A stretch of DNA of 64,000 nucleotides from an uncultured Gemmatimonadales bacterium (GTDB lineage Bacteria > Gemmatimonadota > Gemmatimonadetes > Gemmatimonadales > Gemmatimonadaceae). This document shows positions 49,403 to 58,463 of the stretch, in pieces. Below the pieces are notes generated by a model. That model ran no database searches. It worked only from the letters and a program-made list of their open reading frames with translations, and was not told the DNA's origin. The stretch lies in the NCBI GenBank assembly GCA_963850905.1, contig CAWKMU010000004.1, forward strand, positions 352,001 through 416,000, given 5' to 3'. Made by a program: the position numbers and the translations under genes. Position 1 is the stretch's first letter, and each line of letters starts with the position of its first letter.

Positions 49403-50860
49403 ATGCGTGCTTCGTTCCTTGCTCGGGCGGTTGTCGGCGGGCTGGTCATGGCGCTCACGGTCGAGCACGTCGCGTCGGCACAGGAGAACGGCCGGCCGCT
49501 CGTCATCCTTCACGCGACGGTGATCGACCCCGCCACCTCCTCCGCACAACCCGATCGCGCCGTCGTGGTCCGTGGTCACCGCATTACCGAGGTCGGCCCC
49601 GCCGCGAGCGTCCGCGCGCCGGAGCACGCTCGCGTGGTCAATGCCACCGGGCAGTTTCTCATCCCAGGCCTCTGGGACATGCACGTGCACTCCGTCTTCG
49701 GCGACTGGTTCCCGGGTGGTCGCGACGTCATTCTGCCGCTCTTCATCGCCAACGGCGTGACCGGTGTCCGCGATATGGGCGGCGAACTGTCGGTGCTCCT
49801 TGGCTGGCGCGCGGCCATCTCGGCCGGCACGCTGGTCGGCCCTCGCATGGTCGTCGCGGGCCCTATGCTCGACGGATACCTCCCGGACGGCAAGAGCATG
49901 CGCTTCCCCAGCTCCGTGCCTGTCACATCGCCGGCCGACGCTGTGGCAGCCGTGCGCTCGCTGGCCTCGCAGCACGTGGATTTCATCAAGGTCCAGTCGG
50001 AGGTGCCGCACGACGCGTATCTCGCCGCCGCGGCCGAAGCGCATCGGCTGGGACTGCCGATCGTCGGGCACGTGCCCACTCGCGTCCGCGTGAGCGAGGT
50101 GATCAATGCTGGCCAGAAGAGCATCGAGCATCTCATGGGTCTCTTCGAAGGATGCTCGACGCAGGAGGATCGCTTCATCGCTGGCACCGGCAACATGCAG
50201 CTCCTGCTCGCGAGCTACGATCCCGTTCGGTGTGACGCGTTGCTGAAGCGGTTGGCGCGGGCGCAGGTCTGGCAGTGCCCGACGCTTGCCTGGCAGCGAG
50301 GGGAGACCTTGCTCGACTTGCTGGATCAGAACAACCAGCCCTTGGCCCGCTATGTCCCGATGTCGTGGCGCACGGGCTCCTGGCAAAAGTTCACCGATCA
50401 GATCATGGGCGACATCCGGAAGGATCCGTTGAGCCGACGGCAGGAATACTGGCACCGGAACCTGACCATGACCGGCGCGCTCCACCGCGCCGGCGTACCG
50501 ATCCTGGCGGGTACTGACGCCGCGCCCGGCGTGTTCGTCGTGCCGGGCTTTAGCCTCCACGACGAGCTCACGGAGATGGTGGCCGCCGGCCTCACGCCGA
50601 TGGAGGCGCTGCAAACCGCGACCAGCAATCCCGCGCGCTTCTGGAACCGAACCGATATCGGACGCGTCGCTCCCGGTACGCTCGCCGATCTCGTGCTGCT
50701 CGCCAAGGATCCGACGGTCGACATCCACAACACGACGACGATCCGCGCCGTCGTCGCCGACGGCCGACTCTACGATCGCGCTGCGCTCGATGGTCTCCTG
50801 CACGGCGTCGAGAGCGCCGCCAAGACCGCAGGTGCTACTGCGACCAAAGCAGGGACCTAG
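49403..50860 (+). CDS. Secreted amidohydrolase
   Basis: LIPGLWDMHVH, DFIKV, GHVP, SIEH, LAGTD, ATSNPA, ADLVLL. Confidence 0.92.
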   Translation: MRASFLARAVVGGLVMALTVEHVASAQENGRPLVILHATVIDPATSSAQPDRAVVVRGHRITEVGPAASVRAPEHARVVNATGQFLIPGLWDMHVHSVFGDWFPGGRDVILPLFIANGVTGVRDMGGELSVLLGWRAAISAGTLVGPRMVVAGPMLDGYLPDGKSMRFPSSVPVTSPADAVAAVRSLASQHVDFIKVQSEVPHDAYLAAAAEAHRLGLPIVGHVPTRVRVSEVINAGQKSIEHLMGLFEGCSTQEDRFIAGTGNMQLLLASYDPVRCDALLKRLARAQVWQCPTLAWQRGETLLDLLDQNNQPLARYVPMSWRTGSWQKFTDQIMGDIRKDPLSRRQEYWHRNLTMTGALHRAGVPILAGTDAAPGVFVVPGFSLHDELTEMVAAGLTPMEALQTATSNPARFWNRTDIGRVAPGTLADLVLLAKDPTVDIHNTTTIRAVVADGRLYDRAALDGLLHGVESAAKTAGATATKAGT

Positions 50861-51390
50861 TCCAGGCGCTCTCCCCGCAAGATCGCATACAACAACTGGT
50901 CCACCACCGCCCCATCCTTGATCGCGCTTTCCCGCATCCGCCCCTCGAGCTGATAGCCGGCCTTCTCCAGTATCCGGGCGGACGCCGGATTCCACGCGAA
51001 GGGAACGGCGTACAGACGGCGGAGCTCGCGGTGGCGCTCGAACACATACCGCGTGAAGGCAGCGATCGCCGCCGACATGATCCCGCGCCCCCAGTACTCG
51101 GCGCCGAGCCAGTAGCCGACCTCGGCTGCGATTCGTTCGACGTCGTCGTGTAACGTGTACCCAATGCCCCCGACGGCCGCGCCCCCGGCATCGATGGCGA
51201 AGAACGTCTCGGGCTCACGCTCACGCGCCGCCGCAATGAATGCCCGTGCGTCCGCCAGTGAGTAGGGATGCGGAAAGCGGTCTCGCATGTTTCGCCAGAC
51301 CGTTCGGTCGTTCGCATGCTTCGCAACCGACGCCGCATCATCCTCACGCCACGAACGAATACGAGCAATGCCGAGATCGATGTTCACCAT
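50857..51390 (-). CDS. GNAT acetyltransferase (RimJ/RimL-like)
   Basis: FPHPYS, AEVGYWLG..WGRGIMS, NPASARILEKAGY. Confidence 0.92.
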   Translation of the reverse strand: MVNIDLGIARIRSWREDDAASVAKHANDRTVWRNMRDRFPHPYSLADARAFIAAAREREPETFFAIDAGGAAVGGIGYTLHDDVERIAAEVGYWLGAEYWGRGIMSAAIAAFTRYVFERHRELRRLYAVPFAWNPASARILEKAGYQLEGRMRESAIKDGAVVDQLLYAILRGERLD

Positions 51391-51729
51391 GAATCGAAAT
51401 CCGGTGTGGGTACCGCGAACGGGACAAGTTACGCGCTTGACCGGCCGCTGGCCTGCTCCTCGGCAATCGGGGTTTCGCCAGCTGCACGAGGGGCGACGCA
51501 TTGCCTCGCTCTCGCGCATCGTCGGCACAACCCCGATCGTCGCGTAGGGGCGACACTCTGCCCCGCTCTGGTCGCTGTGCACGGTGATTCGTGTTTCACT
51601 TTGTTCCCAGACCCCAAACCCCAGACCTCGCCGTTAATCCCTCTCGCATCGTCCGCACAAGCCTGATCGTCAAGGGGGACCTAGGACCACTGGGTGCACG
51701 GGGCCGCTAGGGGTTTTGCTCCAGCGTGT

Positions 51730-52098
51730 ATGAGTGAGCCCTACGTCATTCAGGCGGCGGTCAACCTCGCGCGCCTCACCCGATGCTTTGATGCCGTCCG
51801 CTCAATGGACCGTCGTCGCGACCTGCTAGGTGGTGGGATGCGACGGCGCCGTCAGGAGTCGCGTGCCGCCGGCTACCAGCGGGCGATCCGCGACGCGCTC
51901 CGCGGACTCGGCGCGTCGCTCAGGTCGCGAGGCGTGGAACCGTTGGATGTGACTTCCGCGCTGCGCGACATCGTTGAGCTGGTCGTGCGCCTCGCAGCGC
52001 TCGGGAACCCGGCGCACTACCCCCATATGACGCGGCGCGCCGTCCAATGGGGAATCGAAGGCTACAACGGTGAATTTGCGACCCCGGTGAACCGGTAG
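51730..52098 (+). CDS. Hypothetical protein
   Basis: Plausible helical ORF filling an otherwise empty interval; no family recognised. Confidence 0.45.
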   Translation: MSEPYVIQAAVNLARLTRCFDAVRSMDRRRDLLGGGMRRRRQESRAAGYQRAIRDALRGLGASLRSRGVEPLDVTSALRDIVELVVRLAALGNPAHYPHMTRRAVQWGIEGYNGEFATPVNR

Positions 52099-52214
52099 GC
52101 CGTCCGCGCCCATACGGTTGTCCCGGGCAGGGTCGGGACGACACATTGCGTCGTGCCATCCGCACCTGTGCCCGTGTCCCGCCTGGTAGGGGCGACGCAA
52201 TATGTCGCCCTGCG

Positions 52215-52733
52215 ATGATTCGCCAATTCCTCCGCGCGCTCCTCACGGCACACCTCGCGGCCCTCGGCGCGTGCGCACGGAATGAGTCATCTGCGGCCGC
52301 GTACACGCCGCGCATTCGAGAGATCACGGTGACGACCGTGCCGCTCCTCGTACAGGAGCAGCAGAAGGTCTTTCCCTTTCTCAAACCGGCTTTCGCCCAG
52401 GGCGGCGTGCTCAATGGGAAGGAGGTTTACGCGTTTTCGCCCAGTACCGTGGTGGTAGTCCAGGGGGACACCATTCACTTCACGTTCATCAATCCCGAGG
52501 ACGACGTGCACTCGTTTGTCCTCCCCGACTTTGCGGTCTCCCTCCCCGCGGCGCAGACCACCCGCGCGACATATGTCGCCGCGCGCGCTGGTATCTTCCC
52601 ATTTGTATGCGCGATTCCCAGTCACCTGCCGATGATGTCCGGCCAGCTCATCGTGCTCACACCAGCAGCGGTCGCGGGGGCTGCAGCGATCACGTCGCCC
52701 AGCGGCGTGGCGGCTGGCGCGGGGACGCAATGA
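52215..52733 (+). CDS. Cupredoxin-domain lipoprotein
   Basis: LGAC; FSPSTVVVVQGDTI, DVHSF, FVCAIPSHLPMMSGQLIV. Confidence 0.85.
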   Translation: MIRQFLRALLTAHLAALGACARNESSAAAYTPRIREITVTTVPLLVQEQQKVFPFLKPAFAQGGVLNGKEVYAFSPSTVVVVQGDTIHFTFINPEDDVHSFVLPDFAVSLPAAQTTRATYVAARAGIFPFVCAIPSHLPMMSGQLIVLTPAAVAGAAAITSPSGVAAGAGTQ

Positions 52734-52888
52734 ACAGTACGGCCGCACCGGCGACACCGCTGGATGGATGCGCCATGGGTGCCTGCGCGGACCTGCGGAT
52801 CGGCGGGTAGGGGCGACGCATGCGTCGCCCATCAATGCCGCACCCTCCACGTGGCGTGTTGCGAAGGGTTCCTCTCATCCCATAGGAG

Positions 52889-53434
52889 ATGCGCATGGTC
52901 CGGCCCAGCGCGTGGCGCGAGCGAACGTGGGTGTTCGGAACGCTGCCGGTCGGCGCGTTTCCCGCCGTCCTGGAGCGGCTGCGCGGTACGGCGGCGCGTG
53001 CAGCCGAGCTGATCGCCGGTGCGAGCGACGCACAGCTGCGCGCCAGACCAGAGGCAGGCTGGTCGGCAAAGCAACACATCGGACATCTCGATGACTTGCA
53101 CGAGCTTGATGCGCGCCGGCTCGAAGAGTTCATCGCGGGGATCGATGTGCTGACCGCCGCCGACATGACCAATCGTCGCACGCACGAGGCTCGCCACGAT
53201 GACCTGCCTGCAGACGCGATCCTCGCGCGCTTTCGCGCGAACCGGGCAGCACTGGTCGACCGAATGGATCAGCTCACGGACGCGCAAGTCGCAGCCACCG
53301 CAATGCACCCGCGCTTGCGACAACCGATGCGGCTCATCGACTGGGCGTACTTTGTAGCCGAACACGACGATCACCACCTGGCGGCCGCACGGCGGGCGCT
53401 GGGCGCAGCGCCCGCTACCACGGCGTGGGGCTGA
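52889..53434 (+). CDS. DinB/YfiT-like protein
   Basis: WSAKQHIGHL; HPRL..FVAEHDDHHL. Confidence 0.88.
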   Translation: MRMVRPSAWRERTWVFGTLPVGAFPAVLERLRGTAARAAELIAGASDAQLRARPEAGWSAKQHIGHLDDLHELDARRLEEFIAGIDVLTAADMTNRRTHEARHDDLPADAILARFRANRAALVDRMDQLTDAQVAATAMHPRLRQPMRLIDWAYFVAEHDDHHLAAARRALGAAPATTAWG

Positions 53435-54677
53435 ACTTCTCCTGCATGAGAGATTTGAGCTGGTCGTGTGGCAACGCCTGCACAATGTGTCCGCCGCGTC
53501 CTGTCATCGTCTCCGCCCCGATCATGGCGTTCACGATCGCCTCTTCCGTCGCCTGGATCGTCGCGAGAAAGAGTGGATCCATGGCGTCGTTGTGGAGCAT
53601 CTCGATGTGTGCCACTTGAGAGGTGACCTCACGCGACGCGCCTGCGGCGGGCCGGATGCCGATGTCGTCGGCCAGCGGATTCGCAGTCGAGAAGGAGATG
53701 AAGATGTCGCCCGACCCGTCGCCCGATGTCCCGCCGACGCGACCGAGACCAAGGGTGGCGCGCTTGCAGAGGCGGTCCAGCTGCCGCGACGTGAGCGGCG
53801 CGTTGGTGGCGACCACAATGATGATCGACCCGACATCGCGGTCCGGGTCTGTGGGGAAGCCCTCACCCGTTGGACCGGATGCGACGGTCACGAGCGATCC
53901 CACCGGCACGCCCGCGATCCGTAGCTGGCTGCGCGAGCCGGTGTTGCATTGCACCAGGACTCCGACGATATAGCCACCCTGCGCAGTGCTGAGTACACGG
54001 GACGCGGTGCCCGTGCCTCCTTTGAATCCAAAGCACCGCATCCCCGTGCCGCCGCCGACGTTCCCTTCCGCCACGGGCCCCGAGGCAGCGACATCGAGGG
54101 CGTGAAATGTGTCCTCGGGGTGCACGTGGAACCCGTTGACGTCGTTCAACCCTCCGTCGTAGGTCTCGGCCACGACCGGCAGTGACCACGGGTACTCCGC
54201 CACGCCAGCGGGCTCCTGCTCGGCCTGGTGCTTCACCTCCCACGCGATGACGGCGTCGCGCACCACACCGACACTGTGGGTGTTGGTGATCATCACCGGC
54301 CCTTCCAGAAACCCGCCCTCCTGCACCCACTCGCTCCCCGTCATCTCGCCGTTGCCGTTCTGCGAGAAGAATCCCGCGAACACCGGGTCCTTGGAGTGCT
54401 TGCCGCGCGGCAAGATTGCGGTCACGCCGGTTCGTACCGGCCCCTGGCCAACCACGAACGGTGCATGAGGATCACCAGAGATGAGCGTCGTGAATCCGAC
54501 CTCGACCCCGGGCACGTCGGTGATCGCGTTGTCGGTCCCAGGCGTCCCCTCGAACGGCACCCCCAGGTCGCGCGCTCGGACCTTGGCGTTGTCCTTTCCG
54601 CCGGGAGACTGGGCGTTGGCCGGCGCACCCACGAACGCACCCATGACCGCGATCGCGAGCACGAGGAGGGGGATCAT
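53415..54677 (-). CDS. dmpA: P1-family peptidase (DmpA-like aminopeptidase)
   Basis: RARDLG, NAITDVPGVEVG, NGNGEMTG, EGNVGGGTGM, G|SIIIVVATNAP autocleavage site, GSGD. Confidence 0.9.
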   Translation of the reverse strand: MIPLLVLAIAVMGAFVGAPANAQSPGGKDNAKVRARDLGVPFEGTPGTDNAITDVPGVEVGFTTLISGDPHAPFVVGQGPVRTGVTAILPRGKHSKDPVFAGFFSQNGNGEMTGSEWVQEGGFLEGPVMITNTHSVGVVRDAVIAWEVKHQAEQEPAGVAEYPWSLPVVAETYDGGLNDVNGFHVHPEDTFHALDVAASGPVAEGNVGGGTGMRCFGFKGGTGTASRVLSTAQGGYIVGVLVQCNTGSRSQLRIAGVPVGSLVTVASGPTGEGFPTDPDRDVGSIIIVVATNAPLTSRQLDRLCKRATLGLGRVGGTSGDGSGDIFISFSTANPLADDIGIRPAAGASREVTSQVAHIEMLHNDAMDPLFLATIQATEEAIVNAMIGAETMTGRGGHIVQALPHDQLKSLMQEKFSPTPW

Positions 54678-54687
54678 CGCTGCTCCG

Positions 54688-55218
54688 TTATCGTTTGGCG
54701 TAGATGTGCGTCGTCCCGTCCGTGGTGAATGCGAGGACGTCGTAGTGCTCCGATCCCATCCCTTCCATCCCCGGAGCACCCATCGGCATCCCCGGGACCG
54801 CGAGCCCTGCGATCTTCGGGTGTTCGGTCAGCAGCTGCACCACGAGCGCCGGTGGGACATGGCCCTCGACGACATAGCCGCCGATGATCGCCGTATGGCA
54901 TGCCTCGAGCGCTCCCGTAATGCCGTGCGCCTTGTTGAACGCGTCGCGTTCCGCGGCCGACGGGACATCGTGCACTTCGATGCCAAAACCGGCCGCGCGC
55001 ATCTGATCCACCCACGCACGGCAGCACCCACAGTTCGGATCCTTGTAGACCACCGCGACCGGCAACGCCCTTCGACCCGGCGTGCTCGCAGTCTGGGTCG
55101 GCGCGCGCCACCCGGCGCTCACCACTCCGATGCCGGCGGCCGCAGCGATGACAGCGGCGCTCACCACGAGCGTACGCCCGCGTTTAAGCGCCGCCACGAC
55201 GGTACCCGTCATAGCCAT
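54688..55218 (-). CDS. DUF411 metal-binding protein
   Basis: YKDPNCGCC..W, CHTA..GYVVEGHVP, GLAVPGMPMGAPGME. Confidence 0.92.
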   Translation of the reverse strand: MAMTGTVVAALKRGRTLVVSAAVIAAAAGIGVVSAGWRAPTQTASTPGRRALPVAVVYKDPNCGCCRAWVDQMRAAGFGIEVHDVPSAAERDAFNKAHGITGALEACHTAIIGGYVVEGHVPPALVVQLLTEHPKIAGLAVPGMPMGAPGMEGMGSEHYDVLAFTTDGTTHIYAKR

Positions 55219-55381
55219 CCTCACCTCAATGCTGTGCCCAAAGCGGTCCGGGTAGGTCCGGCCCGCCTGACGCATCCAAGATAGCGATGGCTGTGGTCTA
55301 CTTTCTACTTTCTGCGTCTCTACTTTCTAGGGCGCGTCAGCGCCCTCGTCGTCTACTTTCTGCTTTCTGCGTCGCTCCGTT

Positions 55382-56602
55382 CTAGGGCGTGTCGGCGCCC
55401 TCTCCTGGTGCGCCGTGTTCGAAGCGGTAGGAGAGGAACTGCTGCGTCTCGACGTCGCGGACATCGCCACCAGAGTGGACCCACTGATCGGACTCGACCC
55501 GATCGAAGACCTGGACGTTGGGCGCGATTTCACGGAACGTCGTGGTGACGGTCAGCTGGAGGATCTGTGGGACGGCGAGATCTCCGTGCGTGAGGTGGAA
55601 CACCGCTCGCCGGATGAAGCCACCGACCGCATCCAGGTAGATCGAGCCGTCGAAATCGGGCTGTGAGAGTTTGCTCTGTGGACGGAAGTCGACGCGGATC
55701 GTGGTGTCGCCCGCGACGACCTCGGCGCCGCCATAGTCGTAGCAGTGCGTGGCCATGAAGGCCGAGTCGCCGAGGTCTTGGACGGAGGGAATGTAGACCT
55801 CCTCACCGAAGCCACCGGGCCTGGCAAAGAACGTGAAAAGGTGGCCTGGCACGTACGTCCGCCACCGACGACTGTCGACTGCGATCGTGTCGACGTCGCG
55901 CACGCGGTGCTGCTCGCCACTCACCTCGACGCGCTTTCGTTCCACCTCGTAGCGGAAGGGATAGACCCGTCGGAGCAGGCGGAAACGATCCACGTTCATC
56001 ATGAGCGCGCGAAAGACGTTCACGAGATCGGGGCTCGCCGTGGAATCGGGCAAGCCGGTACGCACGCATGCATCCGCCCTCGTCCCGGCCACCACGACGC
56101 GCGGTAACACGTGCGGTACTTGCACGAGCCCCAGGCGCAGGGTCGTAACCCCGGACTCGATGGCGATCAAAGTGTCGATCGGGGCATACCCTATTTCTCG
56201 AGCGCGAACCACGTAGATGCCAGGCACGAGGCCGGAGATCCGAAACGCGCCGGTGCTGTCGGCAAATCGCTCGCTCAGGTCTACCGCGCCTCCGACACTC
56301 CGCGGCTCAGCGATCACGACGGAGGCGTACGGCAAACCGTGCTGATCGGAGGAGTTCGCCACCGTTCCGCTGATCGTTGCGGTCGGTTCTTTGGCCAGCG
56401 TCGCGAGCACAGCCGCTGGTGCATCGATTTGGGCCGATACGCCTGGCGCCGCCCCGCACATACCGACCGCGAGTGCCCATCGGCACACGACCCAGCCCGC
56501 ATTGCGGCGCGTGTGAACAGGTTGGCTAGACGCGCGTCGCGTTGTCACAAACGATCGCTCAGGGCATAGTCTGGACCCGGCGCGCGAAAGCGCGGCGAGC
56601 AA
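55382..56602 (-). CDS. Secreted protein with carboxypeptidase-regulatory-like domain
   Basis: ISGTV..LPYASV..ADSTGAFRISGLVPGIYVVRAREIGYAP; start uncertain. Confidence 0.75.
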   Translation of the reverse strand: MLAALSRAGSRLCPERSFVTTRRASSQPVHTRRNAGWVVCRWALAVGMCGAAPGVSAQIDAPAAVLATLAKEPTATISGTVANSSDQHGLPYASVVIAEPRSVGGAVDLSERFADSTGAFRISGLVPGIYVVRAREIGYAPIDTLIAIESGVTTLRLGLVQVPHVLPRVVVAGTRADACVRTGLPDSTASPDLVNVFRALMMNVDRFRLLRRVYPFRYEVERKRVEVSGEQHRVRDVDTIAVDSRRWRTYVPGHLFTFFARPGGFGEEVYIPSVQDLGDSAFMATHCYDYGGAEVVAGDTTIRVDFRPQSKLSQPDFDGSIYLDAVGGFIRRAVFHLTHGDLAVPQILQLTVTTTFREIAPNVQVFDRVESDQWVHSGGDVRDVETQQFLSYRFEHGAPGEGADTP

Positions 56603-56771
56603 CGCCCTTCAGCCGATTTAGACCTTGGTCGACGACAGACTTGGCTCTGGCTGTATTAGAGAGTCTCGCGACAGGCCTGCCGTGTTGTTGCTGTTACCCG
56701 AGACCCCAAACGCCGGACCCCGCCGTGAACGCGCCTGCCCCGCTACTGCGAGCTGGTCGCGTGCTCCGGGG

Positions 56772-58247
56772 CTAGTGCGCGCGCCAGATATCGAGCACGC
56801 CGCTCGTCGCGTGGTCGTTGGCGCTGCCTTCCGGTAGCGCGATCCTGCCATCGGCGATGATGGGGCTGTTCCAGTGTCCGCTGCCGCACGGGAGTGTCGC
56901 GATGACCGTTCCGGTAGCCGGCTGATAGACGCGGAGACCAGCGCCGGTTGGGTCATAGATGAAGACGAGACCACCGGCGATGACAGGACTCGTGCCGGCG
57001 TTGGCGTTGCTCCACGCGTTGGTGAGGTGACCGTTGCTCACCGTCCACGCCGACGTGCCAGTGTTGTCTGCGGCAAATAATTCCGTGCCGCCCGAAGCGT
57101 GATACACCGCGAAAGCGGCGAACAATTCATCGTTGGCTGGTGAGGCCACGGCCTGAGCCTCACCGCCCATATGAGGAGTGGTGCCGGCCATTGCGGTGAC
57201 GCTGACCACCCGGAGCTCGCCGTCCTTGCCGCCCTGCACCACGTAACCTCCGCCCAGCAACGCGGGCGACGTAGAGCCGAGATCGAGATCGTCGTGATCC
57301 AGGGTGAGGGAATTGGTGGGCGTGTAGTTGCCAATGAGTTTCGCCGTGGAGTCGAATTGGAGCACCGCATCGCCCCAGTTGGTGTTGCCATCCCAGTAGC
57401 CGTTGCCGGTAGCAACGAAGATGGTGCCGGTCGTCGAGTCGACGATCGCGCCCGCCCGCCCCCAGATGGCTGCGCCGCTCTGCGCGCACTGAGTCGCCAT
57501 GACGATCGTGGTCTCGCCCGAACAAAGCGCGTGCCAGACGTGGAGCACCTGCCCGCTCGCAGCATCGAGAATGACGAGATGGCCCTGGTATGGCGGCGCG
57601 TCGCCGACATACCCGCCAGTGACCGCAAGGATGTGGCCCGCGAAGTAGTTCAAGGACGACGCGATCTTCTCGCTCTGCGCCGACACGATGACTCCCGACG
57701 TCCACTCGGCCTGGCCACTCGAGATGGCGAGCTTCTGGATGTTGCCGTCCGGCGACGCTGTATAGATGTACAGACGGTTGGGGTCGGCGACCGGAGTCGC
57801 CGTGGTGACCTGCGCGGATCCCACCCACGACGCGTACGCCGCAGGCGTATACGTCCACAGGATCGCGCCTGTGTTGGCATTGATCGCGATGGTCTTCCCG
57901 TAGGTCGTCGTCACGAAGAACGCATCGTGCGAGGCCCCGTTGATCCGCACGTCACTCAAGTAGATCGCCGACGCGTCCACGGTGCCATCGAGCGTCACTT
58001 GCTGAAGCGTCATCGACCCGACGTTGTTCGCCGTGACCCCCGTCGGCGCGGTGGATACGCCGGACCGGCCGACGTCGTAGGCGAAGCGGGTCCAGTCGTG
58101 GCCGGGGGCCACGGTATCCACGGTGTCGGGCGGTCCGACAGGTGGACCGCTCGACGCATCGGTTGATGGCGAACGCCCACACACCGCGAGCGTCACCGCA
58201 ACGACCAGCGTTGCCGCAACGCCTCCTACTCGCGCAATGGACGCCAC
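56772..58247 (-). CDS. PQQ-binding-like beta-propeller lipoprotein
   Basis: RBS AAGGAG before GTG 58247; LAVC; WTRF, AINANTGAILW, FVATGNG, DLDLGSTSP, GGKDG. Confidence 0.8.
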   Translation of the reverse strand: MASIARVGGVAATLVVAVTLAVCGRSPSTDASSGPPVGPPDTVDTVAPGHDWTRFAYDVGRSGVSTAPTGVTANNVGSMTLQQVTLDGTVDASAIYLSDVRINGASHDAFFVTTTYGKTIAINANTGAILWTYTPAAYASWVGSAQVTTATPVADPNRLYIYTASPDGNIQKLAISSGQAEWTSGVIVSAQSEKIASSLNYFAGHILAVTGGYVGDAPPYQGHLVILDAASGQVLHVWHALCSGETTIVMATQCAQSGAAIWGRAGAIVDSTTGTIFVATGNGYWDGNTNWGDAVLQFDSTAKLIGNYTPTNSLTLDHDDLDLGSTSPALLGGGYVVQGGKDGELRVVSVTAMAGTTPHMGGEAQAVASPANDELFAAFAVYHASGGTELFAADNTGTSAWTVSNGHLTNAWSNANAGTSPVIAGGLVFIYDPTGAGLRVYQPATGTVIATLPCGSGHWNSPIIADGRIALPEGSANDHATSGVLDIWRAH

Positions 58248-58463
58248 CCCGCTCTCCTTGGCAGCACACTGGGATCGACCCGCCAGCATGTTCACGTTAA
58301 CCCGCCCCTCTCGCCCGGGCAATGCCCCCAAAGTGGTACGACGTGGTATCGCCTGCGCAACGTGCCTTGACGAAAGTGCCCCCGCCCGTCTAGGTTCCCG
58401 CGCGAACCAATCCCGAGTCTTTTCCTCCCCTTTGCCGCCAACCCTCAAACCAGCCGATCGACA